From positions 672,001 to 736,000 of the forward strand of contig OY970399.1 in NCBI GenBank assembly GCA_963720545.1: a DNA stretch of 64,000 nt. The letters run 5' to 3'. The stretch is from an uncultured Acidobacteriota bacterium. Its GTDB lineage: Bacteria; Acidobacteriota; Vicinamibacteria; Fen-336. Position 1 is the first letter of the stretch. Every line of letters begins with the position of its first letter. This document shows positions 10,531 to 21,127 of this stretch, in pieces. Under the pieces are notes generated by a model that was not told where the DNA came from, searched no databases, and worked only from the letters and a program-made list of their open reading frames with translations. Both the position numbers and the translations under genes were made by a program.

Positions 10531-10968
10531 TCACACGTGCTGCGCCGCTTCGACCACGACGTCGAGCGAGCCATTGAGGCTGGCCCAGCCTTCCTTGCCG
10601 AGCGCGTTCTTCAACCGTTCCTGGGCGGCGCTCCACGCGGGCTGCGCCTTGCGAAACACGCGCCGGCCGGCGGGTTGCACCGACCAGACGCGTTCCCGCC
10701 TGTCCTTGCCCGCCGCCACCGCAATCCAGCCCTTGCGGCGCAGCAGCGCCAGGTTGCGAGTCAGCGTGGTGCTGTCGATGCCCAGGGTTTCCGCGAGGTC
10801 GGCCTGGCGCGCCGTGTCCATCTTCAGGAGCGCCCACAGCAGCGTGAACTGCGTCGCGCGCATGCCGAGCGGACGCAGCGCCTCATCGTAGAGCTGCGTG
10901 ACGAGCCGTGCCCCGCGCCGCAGGTTGGCGCAGGCGCACGGCAACGGCACGCTGCGGAACTCGCTCAT
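10531..10968 (-). CDS. MarR family transcriptional regulator
   Basis: CACANLRRGARLVTQLYDEALRPLG..TQFTLL, LAETLGIDSTTLTRNL, DRRER. Confidence 0.9.
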   Translation of the reverse strand: MSEFRSVPLPCACANLRRGARLVTQLYDEALRPLGMRATQFTLLWALLKMDTARQADLAETLGIDSTTLTRNLALLRRKGWIAVAAGKDRRERVWSVQPAGRRVFRKAQPAWSAAQERLKNALGKEGWASLNGSLDVVVEAAQHV

Positions 10969-11066
10969 GCAGTTGAGTGTAGCTACATCTAATCCGCCGT
11001 CAAGCTCCAGACGCAGGGCCCGCAGAGCAACGAGCATCGCCTGTGAGATGCTCCCCCGCGAACCTC

Positions 11067-12584
11067 ATGAGCCCGCGCCTGCTCCGGCTTGCCGACACAC
11101 TCACCGGCCTCGCGGTTGGTGCAGCCGCGGCCGCCCTGCTGCTCCTGAGCTGCGGCCGCGTAGTGGCGTCCTTCGACTATCGCAGCAGCGAATCGGCCGC
11201 CTACCGGCGCCTGTGGTCCGACACGGTCTGGGCGATCAACGACTTCGTCCTCCACCGCTTCCCGCCGCAGCCGGGAGAAACGCTCGATCCGGCGGTCGAT
11301 CCAACGAGGGCTTACGTCGTGGTGATGCTGGAGCGCACCGGCCAGCTCGACATCAAGCCGTGGCAGTTCTGGCGCTCCTTCCGGCCGTGGATCTTTCGCG
11401 AGCATCGCGGCCCGTACGAACTCGGCGTCTACGACGACCGCGGCCGCGCACTGCTGCTGGCGCGGTCGTTCCGGCTGATGGGCGGCGTGGCGCCGTTCCT
11501 CATCCTGTGGCTCGCGGCACTGGCCGCAGCGCCGGCGCTCGTGTGGTGCGTGCACGAAATGTGGCAAAGCCGCAGGCGGGTCGCGGCCGTGGTGTTCGCC
11601 GCCGCGGTGGCGACCTCGCCATACGTGGCGGAGACGCTGACGCACGCGCGCTACGCGGTCGGCTTCTACCTGGTCGCATGCCTGGTGGCCGTCGCCCTCA
11701 CCACCGCCGTGGTGCTGCGCCCGCAGATCTCGCTCGCGGCGCTCGCGGCGCGCTTCGCGGCGGCGGGTGCGGCGCTCGCCGTCTGCATCTCGTGCCGGCC
11801 GTCCGCGCTTTTCGTGCTCGCCGGCCTGGCGCTGCTGCTGCCGGTGTGGCTGGCCAGGTTCCGCCATCTGGGCCTGCTCGCAACGGCGCTGCTGGCGGCG
11901 CTCCTCGTTGCACCCGCCGCCGTGGCGCGGCCGAGCAAGCACCATGACGTCTGGATTGCGCTGTGGGAGGGCCTCGGCGACTTCGACCGGACCAAGGGGC
12001 ACACGTGGTCCGATCCGGTCGCGCAGGGTGTGGCGCGCTTTCACGGTGCGCCCGAACTGTGGAGTCCCGAGAGCGAACCGATCTTTCGCGAGCTGGTGCT
12101 GTCGCACATCCGCAACGATCCCGCGTGGTATGCCGCGATCCTGGCGAAGCGCGCCGGATCGACCGTGCTGCAGTGGAAACTGTGGCCTTATGGACCGACG
12201 GACGGCCTGCACATGCGCCGCAAGACCTCGGACAACGAGGGTTTCATCGACAAGTATTACGGCTACACCACCACCGGCGATCACATCGGCTTCGGAACCT
12301 GGACCAAGGAGGTGTGGATGCCGGTGTGGCCTGGACTGATGCTGATCCTCCTCCTGCACTCGCTGCTGAGCCGCTCCGCCGATGCGGCGGCGGTTCGCAC
12401 CCGGCGCCTGGAGGCCGGTGCGGTCGCGACGCTCGGAGTCTGCTTCCTCGGCGTCCCGGTCGCGATCTCGACCGCCGGCGCGCAGGAGACGCAGGCGTTC
12501 TTCTTCGCCTATTTCCTCGCGGCGGCGCTGCTCGCGGAGCGGCTCACGGCGCTCGCCGTCATCAATGCCAGACCGCGCCGATGA
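11067..12584 (+). CDS. Multi-pass membrane protein, possibly GT-C-like
   Basis: Many hydrophobic segments with large loops (DDRG; HDVWIALWEGLGDFD). ATGA overlap with the next gene. Confidence 0.65.
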   Translation: MSPRLLRLADTLTGLAVGAAAAALLLLSCGRVVASFDYRSSESAAYRRLWSDTVWAINDFVLHRFPPQPGETLDPAVDPTRAYVVVMLERTGQLDIKPWQFWRSFRPWIFREHRGPYELGVYDDRGRALLLARSFRLMGGVAPFLILWLAALAAAPALVWCVHEMWQSRRRVAAVVFAAAVATSPYVAETLTHARYAVGFYLVACLVAVALTTAVVLRPQISLAALAARFAAAGAALAVCISCRPSALFVLAGLALLLPVWLARFRHLGLLATALLAALLVAPAAVARPSKHHDVWIALWEGLGDFDRTKGHTWSDPVAQGVARFHGAPELWSPESEPIFRELVLSHIRNDPAWYAAILAKRAGSTVLQWKLWPYGPTDGLHMRRKTSDNEGFIDKYYGYTTTGDHIGFGTWTKEVWMPVWPGLMLILLLHSLLSRSADAAAVRTRRLEAGAVATLGVCFLGVPVAISTAGAQETQAFFFAYFLAAALLAERLTALAVINARPRR

Positions 12585-13801
12585 GCGCGCGGCCTCTGGA
12601 CGGCGTGCGCGTCCTCGAGCTGGGGCAGCTGCTTGCCGGCCCTTTCGCCGGCTCGATCCTCGGCTATTTCGGCGCCGAGGTGATCAAGGTGGAGCCGCCG
12701 GGCGGCGGCGATCCGGTGCGCGACTGGCGCGGCATCGACGCCGACGGCACCTCGGTCTGGTGGCGCAGCATCGGCCGCAACAAGAAGTCGGTGACGATCG
12801 ACCTGCGCCAGGCCGACGGCCAGCGCCTGGTGCGCGAGCTCGCGGTGCGCAGCGACGTCGTCCTCGAGAACTTCAAGCCGGGCACGCTGGAGCGCTGGGG
12901 CCTCGCCCCGCGCGACATCGAGCCGCGCAACCCTGGCGTCATCTACGCGCGCATCTCCGGCTATGGGCAGGATGGGCCGTACAGTTCGCGGCCGGGCTTC
13001 GCGTCGGTCTGTGAAGCCGTGGGCGGCATGCGCTATGTCACCGGATTTCCCGACCGCCCGCCGGCACGCTCCAACCTCAGCCTCGGTGACGGCCTTGCCG
13101 GCCTGCACGCGGTCATCGGCGTGCTGATGGCGCTCTACCAGCGCGACCGCGGCGGCACGCGGCGCGCGACCGGCGAGGTGGTGGATGTGGCGATCTACGA
13201 GGCCGTCTTCAACATGATGGAAGCGGCGATCGCCGAGTACGACCGCTTCGGCACGGTGCGCGAGCGCGAAGGCACCACCGTCACCGGCATCGTGCCGACG
13301 AATGCCTATCCGTGCCGCGACGGCGGCCACGTGGTGATCGGCGGCAACGGTGATTCGATCTTCAAGCGGTTGATGCGCGCCGCCGGACGGCCCGACCTGG
13401 CGGACGATCCCGCACTCGCAACCAACAGCGGCCGTGTCGCGCGCGTCGCGGAGATCGATGCTGCGCTCGCCGCGTGGACTGTCGCGCTGACACCCAACGA
13501 AGTGCTCGCCGCGCTGAACACGGTCGACGTCCCCGTGGGACTCATCTATTCCGCCGCCGATATCGCGCACGATCCGCACTACGCGGCGCGCGGCGCGATC
13601 GAGAGCGTCGAGGTCGGCGGCCGGCCGTTGCGGATTCCGGCGATCGCGCCGCGCCTGCAAAATGCTCCCGGACGCACCGAGTGGGCCGGCCCCGAGCTCG
13701 GCAGCCATAACCGCGAGATCCTCTCCGGCCTGCTCGGGCTCCCTGACGACGAGATCGACCGGCTGGGGCGCGCGGGCGTCGTTGGCACACCGGCTTCCTG
13801 A
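12581..13801 (+). CDS. CaiB/BaiF class III CoA-transferase
   Basis: PLDGVRVLELGQLLAGP, GAEVIKVEPP, RNKKSVTIDL, DVVLENFKPG, ISGYGQDGPY. Confidence 0.95.
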   Translation: MSARPLDGVRVLELGQLLAGPFAGSILGYFGAEVIKVEPPGGGDPVRDWRGIDADGTSVWWRSIGRNKKSVTIDLRQADGQRLVRELAVRSDVVLENFKPGTLERWGLAPRDIEPRNPGVIYARISGYGQDGPYSSRPGFASVCEAVGGMRYVTGFPDRPPARSNLSLGDGLAGLHAVIGVLMALYQRDRGGTRRATGEVVDVAIYEAVFNMMEAAIAEYDRFGTVREREGTTVTGIVPTNAYPCRDGGHVVIGGNGDSIFKRLMRAAGRPDLADDPALATNSGRVARVAEIDAALAAWTVALTPNEVLAALNTVDVPVGLIYSAADIAHDPHYAARGAIESVEVGGRPLRIPAIAPRLQNAPGRTEWAGPELGSHNREILSGLLGLPDDEIDRLGRAGVVGTPAS

Positions 13802-13805
13802 GCAG

Positions 13806-15470
13806 TCACTCCTCGTCGCCGGACGACTGCGGCCGGCCGGCGCTCGCGAAGAACGGCTTGATCGTGCCGCGTTCCGCAATCAGCCGGGCGATGCGCGCGC
13901 GGGTGACCTGGTAAATGTAGATCGAGTGCCCGAGGCGTGCGTCGGGCGGCTCGACCGTCAGCCAGTCGAGGCAGCCCGGCGCGATGCGCTTGGGCCGGTG
14001 GACCTCAACGGCATGCAGCGCGTAGTGGCCCGGAGCGGGCGTGCACGGCGGCGCCGTGTAGGTGATGCCCCAATGGGCCGGGTCGCCGCTGTAGAACGTG
14101 TAGTAGAGCGTCGGCGGATGGGTGACGGCCTGCCACTCCCCGAGCCGGCGCTGGTCCTGCCCCCAGTCGTCGCCGGTGACGAGGTAGCGCGGCCCGCCGT
14201 CCGGACCGCCAGCCCACACGTTGAAGAACATCAGGTGATGTGGATGCACCGCCACCGATTCCGCGGCGCCGAGCGCGAGGCAGAGTGCGTACACCGCAAT
14301 CCCCCGCCGCGGGAACACCGCCGCAAGCCGCGGCGTCATCGCGCCGAGCCACAGGAACCAGAACGGGAACGCCGGCAGCAGGTAGCGAGCGCCGATCTGT
14401 GTGCGGCCGGCGCTCATCACCACGAATAACAGCACTGGATAGGCGAGCAGCGCGGCATCGATGGCGAAATCCCGCCGCCGCGTGCCGGAACGCAGCGCGG
14501 TGACGACACCTGCCGCAGACATCGCCTGCGCGCCTACGGTCGTCTTCAGCGCGAGTACCGCGACGTAAAACCACCACCACCCACTGCCGCTGACGCGGCC
14601 GAACAGGTAGCCGAGGTGTCCGCTCTGGCCGTGCTGCGCCTGCAGCAGCAAACCGAGGATCCAGGTGGGGAACGGCACGAAGCCCCATTGCACCGCGGGC
14701 CAGCCGGTGCCCGGCTTCATCATCGTGAGATCGATGGGCCCGGTCTCGAACCCGGACGCCGCCCACAACGTGAGGACGAATGCGGTGGCGCCGGCGCACA
14801 GCCATGCGGTAATCGTGCGCAGCGGCTGGCGCAGGCGCGATACGCCATACCAGGCGGCCGCGACCATGGCGATGGGCAGGGCGGCGAGCGCCGTGACCTT
14901 CGAGGATGCGGCGAGCGCCAGCATCGCTCCGGCCAGCGCCGCGCGCGCGGCTCCGGGCCTGTCGGTGAAATGCACGCATGCCCACAACGAGATCGCTAGC
15001 CACGCCGCTACCCAGCCGTCGAGCGTCGCCAGGCTGCCGTTCGCCAGGACTGTCGGCGAGAAGCACCAGAGCGCATGCGTGACGAGCGCGGCGGCGGCGC
15101 CGAAGCGCAGCGCGGCGGCGGCGAGGAAGAATCCGGCGGCAACGGTCAGGACGATGGTGGCGGCGCGTCCCGCCATCAGGTTGCGCCGCGTCTGCGCGGG
15201 CGGGCGCGACCACAGCGGGTCGCGGCCGCCGCCGCCAGGCGCGAAGAGCGCCGGATCGCTCACGTGCAGCGCCAGCGCGAAGCCCCATTTGGGCAGCGCC
15301 GGCGAGTCGGGATTGTGGCGCAGCGTGCCTTCGTTCCATTGCCGCGTCGCGGTCGCGAGGTAATGCGGCTCGTCGATGGTGTCCGACTTGTCGGACGCGG
15401 TGCGCAGCAGCAGCGCCGACTGCAGGACTGCGAAGACAGCCATGCCCAGGGCGGCGTTGCGCCGTGTCAC
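13806..15470 (-). CDS. GT-C fold (ArnT/PMT-like) membrane glycosyltransferase
   Basis: N-terminal TM followed by DTIDEPHY acidic motif. FSPTVLANGSLATLD, IGARYLLP, DWGQD. Confidence 0.8.
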   Translation of the reverse strand: MTRRNAALGMAVFAVLQSALLLRTASDKSDTIDEPHYLATATRQWNEGTLRHNPDSPALPKWGFALALHVSDPALFAPGGGGRDPLWSRPPAQTRRNLMAGRAATIVLTVAAGFFLAAAALRFGAAAALVTHALWCFSPTVLANGSLATLDGWVAAWLAISLWACVHFTDRPGAARAALAGAMLALAASSKVTALAALPIAMVAAAWYGVSRLRQPLRTITAWLCAGATAFVLTLWAASGFETGPIDLTMMKPGTGWPAVQWGFVPFPTWILGLLLQAQHGQSGHLGYLFGRVSGSGWWWFYVAVLALKTTVGAQAMSAAGVVTALRSGTRRRDFAIDAALLAYPVLLFVVMSAGRTQIGARYLLPAFPFWFLWLGAMTPRLAAVFPRRGIAVYALCLALGAAESVAVHPHHLMFFNVWAGGPDGGPRYLVTGDDWGQDQRRLGEWQAVTHPPTLYYTFYSGDPAHWGITYTAPPCTPAPGHYALHAVEVHRPKRIAPGCLDWLTVEPPDARLGHSIYIYQVTRARIARLIAERGTIKPFFASAGRPQSSGDEE

Positions 15471-15474
15471 GCGA

Positions 15475-15483
15475 TGCTAGACT
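15475..15483 (+). promoter_or_regulatory. Extended -10 element TGCTAGACT upstream of the GT2 gene
   Basis: The identical 9-mer occurs upstream of tRNA-Arg(CCG) (49546-49554, minus strand). Confidence 0.5.
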
Positions 15484-15511
15484 CCGCATCGCCGCGCACG
15501 GGAGGTGCGTC

Positions 15512-16249
15512 ATCACCGGCCGCATCTTCATCGTCGTTCCCACCTACAACGAGCGCGAGAACGTCGGGCCGCTCATCGACGAGCTGATCCAGCAAAGTCA
15601 CGACCTCGACGTGAGCGTTGCCGACGATGGCAGCCCCGATGGCACCGGCGATGCGGTGCGCGCAGCCATGTCGCGCCACCCGGGGCGGGTGCAGCTGCTG
15701 GAACGCAGCAACAAGCAGGGGCGCGGCGGCGCAGTGATCGCGGCCTTCCGCCGCGGCCTCGCCGACCAGCGCTATCAGGTGTTCTTCGAGATGGACGCCG
15801 ATTTCTCTCATCACCCCACCGAAATCGGCAAGTTCCTCGTGAGCCTGCAGACATACGACATGGTCATCGGTTCCCGGTACGTCGCAGGGGGCGGCACCTC
15901 CGAGTGGGGCTATGCGCGGCCCCTGCTCTCGGCGCTTGCGAACCGCTACATTCGCGTCGTCGCGGGACTGCCGATCCGCGACCTCACGAGCGGCTACAGA
16001 GCCTATCGCCGCGCTGTCCTCGAGGCAATGGACTTCGAGCGCATCCGCATCACCGGCTACGTGGTCCATGGTGAGATGGCCTACCAGGCGTGGATCAATG
16101 GCTTCCGCATCGGCGAGGTGCCGATCCACTTTCGCAACCGCGCGCGCGATGCCTCGAAGCTCACCGCCGCGGAGGTCTACCTCGCGTTCCTCAACTTTGG
16201 CCTGCTCCGCTTTCGCTACGGATTCCGGCCGCGCCCGCGCGCGCGATGA
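15512..16249 (+). CDS. Polyprenol monophosphomannose synthase-like GT2 glycosyltransferase (start uncertain: ATC 15512 or GTG 15464)
   Basis: VVPTYNERENV, DDGSPDGT, MDADFSH, IGSRYVAGG, DLTSGYRAY, EVPIHF. Confidence 0.9.
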   Translation: MTGRIFIVVPTYNERENVGPLIDELIQQSHDLDVSVADDGSPDGTGDAVRAAMSRHPGRVQLLERSNKQGRGGAVIAAFRRGLADQRYQVFFEMDADFSHHPTEIGKFLVSLQTYDMVIGSRYVAGGGTSEWGYARPLLSALANRYIRVVAGLPIRDLTSGYRAYRRAVLEAMDFERIRITGYVVHGEMAYQAWINGFRIGEVPIHFRNRARDASKLTAAEVYLAFLNFGLLRFRYGFRPRPRAR

Positions 16250-18204
16250 CGCTGAAGCGGCCCGTGCCCCTCGTGTTCGCGGCGGCGGCTGCATTCACGG
16301 CGATGCTGCAGGCGTTTGTCCCCGCCGAGGTGTTCGTCGCCGGCGACACCGGTGTCAAGGCGCTGATGATGCACCAGTTCGCGCGCGGCGAATGGGCAGC
16401 CGATTTGCGCCTGCAGGCGCCGCCGTGGGCGCACGCGCTCTGGGACGCGGGCCTGTACCCGCTGACCCCGCATCATGTCGAGACGCTAGGCGGCCGCTGG
16501 TACATCCAGTGGGCGCTTCCCTTTCCGTTGCTGACGTCGTTCCTCTACCGCCTCGCCGGTTATCGTGGCGCGTTGCTCCTCCCGCTCGCGGCGACGTGGG
16601 CGGTGTGGGCCGCGCTCGTCTATGCGCTGCGCGCGCTGCGGGTTGGCGAAACGCTCGTCGCGGGTTCGCTCGCGGCGCTAGCATTTGCCACCTTCCTGAG
16701 CTTGTACAGCGCGGTCTATTGGGAACACACGCTGTCGGTGGCGTGCGCGTTCACAGGCGGCGCGGTGCTGCTCGCCGCGCCGCGGCTGCCGTCACAGCGG
16801 CTCGTATGGGCGGGGGTGCTCGCCGGAGCCTGCATCTTCTTCCGCGAAGAGCTGGTGCTGCTGCTCGCGGCGCTCGGTGCCGCCACCGCATGGCGCCTGT
16901 GGCGGGGACCCGGTGCGAAGGCGCAGCGCATGCGCAGCATCGCCCTCGCCGGCGCCGCGATCATGACTCCTTCGCTTCTCTATCTCGCGTGGAACTATTG
17001 CCTCTACGGCGACGTGCGCGGCGTCCACGTCATGAGTGTCAGCCAGTGGCTCGACGAGGAACCGGGGGCGGCAGGCTGGCGGCAGGCGGTGCTGGTGATG
17101 CGCAGCCTCGTGGCCCACGCGCCGGTGATCCTGCTGGCACCTTTCGCCCTCGTCGGCGCCTGCCGGCGGCGGCAGCCCGGGGGAGTCCTCTTCCTGTTCG
17201 TTTCCGTCGCCTTCACCGCCTCGCTGCTTGCGATCGCCCCGTTTCAAGGCGGCCGCGAATGGGGACCGCGCTACCTCCTTCCGGCAGTGCCTTTCTTCCT
17301 GGTGGCCTCCGCCCTGGTGGTCGAAGACCTGAGCCTGCGCGGGCGCCTGGTGAAGACGCTCGGCTTGGGCGCCGCAGCGCTGCTCTTCGCCTGGGGAGTG
17401 TGGAACGAAACCTGGCTCGGCGCGCGCGAGGTGCGCACCACCTACGCACGCCGCTTCGCGACGCTGCGCGGCGTGGAAGCCACCGATGCCGCCGTGATCG
17501 CCGTGTCGCACCCGTTCATCACGCAGCAACTCGTCGCAACCATCCCGGCGCGTACCTTCTTCCACACGCCGGGCGCTGGCGAGCTTCAGCAGCTCGGCGA
17601 CGGGCTGTTCGATCAGGCCATCGACAGCTTCCTGTACTTGTGCAATCCCGCCTACGATTGCGGGCCGGCCAGGACCGGCGAAGTGCCGGTGATACGCCTG
17701 GCCTCGGGACGGGCGGCGGTGGTCGAGTTGCTGCGACGTGGTCCGATGGGCCGCTACGTGGCATACGACGGCAGTATCAGACGCTTCGACTTCGCGCGCG
17801 GCGGCCGTATCGAGTTGAGCGCGGACGCGGCCGAGCCGCTGCTGGCAAGCGGCTGGTCGCGGGTGCGCCGGCGTAGCGAGATGGTGCCGTTTCGCTGGGC
17901 TGTCGGCACGGAGTCGTGCCTGCTGTTGCCCGTGTCGGGTCCTGCGAACCTTGCTGGCACGGTGCGTGCCCGCGGCATGCGCGCACGCGAGCCGCAGCAG
18001 CTGGCCGTGCGACTCAACGGCGCGCGGCTCGTAAGCGCCAATGTCGGTCGCGGCTGGAGCGACGTCAACTTCGCCTCGCACGCGAACCAGTGGCGCACGG
18101 GCGGCAATACGCTCTGCCTTGATTTCGGCGCCGCCGGCGGCCAGGCCAGCGCCTCCGACGACACCGCCGCGGGCGCCGTGGCTTTCGTCGCACTGCGTCC
18201 GTGA
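16246..18204 (+). CDS. Multi-pass membrane protein, GT-C-like, with a C-terminal soluble beta domain
   Basis: ATGA overlap with GT2. About 11 hydrophobic segments, AGDTGVK loop, YWEHT, WGPRYLLP. Confidence 0.7.
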   Translation: MTLKRPVPLVFAAAAAFTAMLQAFVPAEVFVAGDTGVKALMMHQFARGEWAADLRLQAPPWAHALWDAGLYPLTPHHVETLGGRWYIQWALPFPLLTSFLYRLAGYRGALLLPLAATWAVWAALVYALRALRVGETLVAGSLAALAFATFLSLYSAVYWEHTLSVACAFTGGAVLLAAPRLPSQRLVWAGVLAGACIFFREELVLLLAALGAATAWRLWRGPGAKAQRMRSIALAGAAIMTPSLLYLAWNYCLYGDVRGVHVMSVSQWLDEEPGAAGWRQAVLVMRSLVAHAPVILLAPFALVGACRRRQPGGVLFLFVSVAFTASLLAIAPFQGGREWGPRYLLPAVPFFLVASALVVEDLSLRGRLVKTLGLGAAALLFAWGVWNETWLGAREVRTTYARRFATLRGVEATDAAVIAVSHPFITQQLVATIPARTFFHTPGAGELQQLGDGLFDQAIDSFLYLCNPAYDCGPARTGEVPVIRLASGRAAVVELLRRGPMGRYVAYDGSIRRFDFARGGRIELSADAAEPLLASGWSRVRRRSEMVPFRWAVGTESCLLLPVSGPANLAGTVRARGMRAREPQQLAVRLNGARLVSANVGRGWSDVNFASHANQWRTGGNTLCLDFGAAGGQASASDDTAAGAVAFVALRP

Positions 18205-19619
18205 GCGTGAGGAAACCGCCGCCGGAAGCGTGGCTGTTCGCGCTGACGTTCGGGACGTTCGCGTTTTTCTACCAGGCGGGCGGGTGGAACTCGAATGTGC
18301 GCTTCGACCTGGTGCGCGCCATCGTCGAGCATCGCACCCTCGCGATCGACGCGTACCAGAAGAACACCGGCGACAAGGCGCAACGCGGCGAACACTATTA
18401 CAGCGACAAGGCTCCCGGCATCTCGCTGCTCTCGGTCCCGGCGTATGCCGCCGCGTTTGCCCTGCGACCCGACCTGACGGAGACCGATGTCTTCCAGGGG
18501 TGGGCGTCTTATGCCTGCGTCCTGCTGAGCGTCGCGCTGCCTTCGGCACTGGCGACGGCGGTGCTGTTCCGGATCTGCGTGCTGCTGGCGCTGTCGCCGG
18601 CAGCACGCTCGCTGGTACCCCTGGCCTACGCGTTCGGCACGCTCGCCTTGCCGTACTCGACGTTGTACTACGGCCACCAGACAGCGGCGGCGTTCTTGGT
18701 GATTGCCTGGTGGCTGGTGCTGCGGGATCCTCGCAGCAACGTCACCGCTGGCATCTTTCTGGGGCTTGCGATCCTCGTCGAGTATCCCGCCGCGATCGCC
18801 GCCCTGTGCCTGGCGGGTTATACGGTCGCACGCGCGCGTTCACCGCGGATGCTTCTGCAGCTGGCCGCGGGCATGGCGCTCCCGTTGCTCGTGCTCGCCT
18901 GGTATCACACCGCCGCGTTCGGTTCGCCGCTGGCGCTGCCCTACGACTTCTCGACGCAGGCCCCGCGCCACGTCGGCTTCATGGGCGTCGGCGTGCCCGA
19001 GCCGCGCGTGCTCTACCATCTGCTGATCGGCGAGTACCGCGGCCTCTTCTTCAGCGCACCGTGGCTCCTGCTCGCACTCCCCGGCATCATCCTGTGGCTG
19101 CGGGAACCGGCGCGGCGTGCCGACGGCATCCTTTGCGCAGCAGTGTTCCTCTCTTACCTGTGGCTCGCGGCCGGCCTCGCGGATTGGCACGGCGGCTGGG
19201 GCACGGGACCGCGGCACCTGATCGTCACGCTGCCATTGCTCGCGGTCGCCGCCGGCCGGGCCCTGCCGGCGCGCGCGCCCGTATGGCATGCGGCTGCAGC
19301 ACTTGCCTGCGTCGTCTACTCGGCATCGCTGATGTTCGCCGCAACCGCGGTAAAGCCAGAGGTACCGCGCGCCATCGAAAGGCCGTTCGGCGAGTTCGTG
19401 TTGCCGGCGTTTCGCGCCGGTAACCTGAGCATCAACACGCAATCCGTCGACATGGTGACCGGACGCGACCGCACCGTGCGCCAGGCGTGGACGCTCGGCG
19501 AAAAGCTCGGCTTCGGCGGCTGGCTGCGGCTGCTGCCGCTCCTCATCTATGCGCTGGCGACGGCGTGCGGCTTTTTCTCTTCAGTCCGCTCGCTCGTGCA
19601 CCACCGCGACCGTGTCTAG
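18201..19619 (+). CDS. Multi-pass membrane protein, GT-C-like
   Basis: GTGA overlap. GWNSNVRFDL, YSDKAPG, YSTLYYGHQ, WHGGWGTGPRHL. Confidence 0.7.
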   Translation: MSVRKPPPEAWLFALTFGTFAFFYQAGGWNSNVRFDLVRAIVEHRTLAIDAYQKNTGDKAQRGEHYYSDKAPGISLLSVPAYAAAFALRPDLTETDVFQGWASYACVLLSVALPSALATAVLFRICVLLALSPAARSLVPLAYAFGTLALPYSTLYYGHQTAAAFLVIAWWLVLRDPRSNVTAGIFLGLAILVEYPAAIAALCLAGYTVARARSPRMLLQLAAGMALPLLVLAWYHTAAFGSPLALPYDFSTQAPRHVGFMGVGVPEPRVLYHLLIGEYRGLFFSAPWLLLALPGIILWLREPARRADGILCAAVFLSYLWLAAGLADWHGGWGTGPRHLIVTLPLLAVAAGRALPARAPVWHAAAALACVVYSASLMFAATAVKPEVPRAIERPFGEFVLPAFRAGNLSINTQSVDMVTGRDRTVRQAWTLGEKLGFGGWLRLLPLLIYALATACGFFSSVRSLVHHRDRV

Positions 19620-21077
19620 CACCAGCGTCGCCGGACCCGGCACGCTGCCGTCTGCCGCCCGCTGATCCCGCGCGTAGACCGTGAAAAAGTCCTGCGCCTT
19701 GTCGTTCACGCGCCATGGATAGCCGAAGTAGCGCTTCGCGACGACGCCGTAGGTCTGCGGCCTGGCGCCGGGATAGTCGGCGTCGAAACGGAAGATGCGC
19801 GCGCCCATGCGCTCGTTCACGAACGCGACCACTTGCTTCTGTTGTGGGATCGACTGGCGAGAGTCCTCGCGGTAGTGGCACACCAGCGTGAAGGCACCGG
19901 CAACCGGCGCGAGCACGCAGTATGCGAGGGCCGCGGCGCGCGCCGCCCCACCGCGCGCGACCAGCGCGCGCACGGCCGCGACCACGGTTATGAACGCGAA
20001 CGGCACAAACGGCAGCACGTAGTGGGCGAAGTAACCGCGGCCGGCAACGAGGCCGAACACCAGGATCGAGCCGAGCGCCGCCCAGAAGAGGAGCGCCACG
20101 CGGCGGTTGGCCGCGGCGGCGAGTCGCATGATCCCGAACAGCACGAGCAGCCAGCCGGCCGCCTCGAGAAGCAGGAGCAGCGCCGACGCCGGAATGGATC
20201 CGCCCCAGAACGAATGCAGCGCCTCGACACCGCCCTGGCCCCAGAACGCGAACGGGTCGAAGCCGCCGAAATGGCCCTTCGCTGCGAGATAGGAGGCGTC
20301 GGTGGTGGCGAAGGCGAAGAACTGCGCGAACAGGCCGAGGAGCGTCGTCAAGTCGCGATGGCCAGCTGCGCCGCCACTCGCCAGCGCCCGCGTGTTCGCG
20401 AAGCCGTTCGACAGCTCGTGCACTAGATAAGGGACATAGAAGAGGATGCCGAACGCGGTGCCGGCGAGGACCGCGGGCACGTTGAGCCGCGGCCTGTATA
20501 CGAGAAGCGCTGCGGCAACGACGCCGGCGAGGCACACGAAGGCGATGTGCGCCTGGGTGACGACCAGCAGGCTGAAGGGCAGCAGCGCCACGAAGCGGCT
20601 GCGTGGCTGCGACAAGACGCGCACCAGCGCGTAGAGCGTCAGGAACGCGAACGGCGGAAAAATGTCTGCCGGCCAGACACGGTCGGTGAACGTTACGAGC
20701 GCCGGCGACACGGCCGCGAGTGACAGGAAGATGAGCCCGGCGGTTTCATCCCACAGCCGCGCGAACGCGGCGCAGCCGAGGCACACTCCCACGGTGCCGA
20801 GCAGCGCGAAGAAGACACTGCCGGCGAGCGGGTCCGGTGTCGCGAGCAGCGGCACCGCGACGAACAGGTAGAAAAACGGCCCCGGAGTGTGCGCGTCGGT
20901 CGCCGACACGCCGGGACCGAGGGCGGGAATGCCGCGGCCCTCCGCAACGTCGAGGGCGCTCGTGTAGCACTGCGCCTCGTCGACGTCGAAGCGCGCGAAC
21001 CACGCGCCCGCGAGCCGCACCAGGAGCGCAACCAGCAAGAGGACGACGAACAGCGCGCGGCGCCCGGAATGCTGCAA
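19581..21077 (-). CDS. GT-C fold (ArnT-like) membrane glycosyltransferase (start approximate)
   Basis: N-terminal TM then FDVDEAQCY acidic motif, HTPGPFFYLF, many TMs. The TTG start at 21077 was chosen to avoid overlapping the divergent gene. Confidence 0.75.
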   Translation of the reverse strand: MQHSGRRALFVVLLLVALLVRLAGAWFARFDVDEAQCYTSALDVAEGRGIPALGPGVSATDAHTPGPFFYLFVAVPLLATPDPLAGSVFFALLGTVGVCLGCAAFARLWDETAGLIFLSLAAVSPALVTFTDRVWPADIFPPFAFLTLYALVRVLSQPRSRFVALLPFSLLVVTQAHIAFVCLAGVVAAALLVYRPRLNVPAVLAGTAFGILFYVPYLVHELSNGFANTRALASGGAAGHRDLTTLLGLFAQFFAFATTDASYLAAKGHFGGFDPFAFWGQGGVEALHSFWGGSIPASALLLLLEAAGWLLVLFGIMRLAAAANRRVALLFWAALGSILVFGLVAGRGYFAHYVLPFVPFAFITVVAAVRALVARGGAARAAALAYCVLAPVAGAFTLVCHYREDSRQSIPQQKQVVAFVNERMGARIFRFDADYPGARPQTYGVVAKRYFGYPWRVNDKAQDFFTVYARDQRAADGSVPGPATLVLDTVAVVHERAD

Positions 21078-21127
21078 TCGGGTCGAGTTTATCAAAGCGG
21101 CGTCGCGGCTCTCGTAGAATGACGGCG

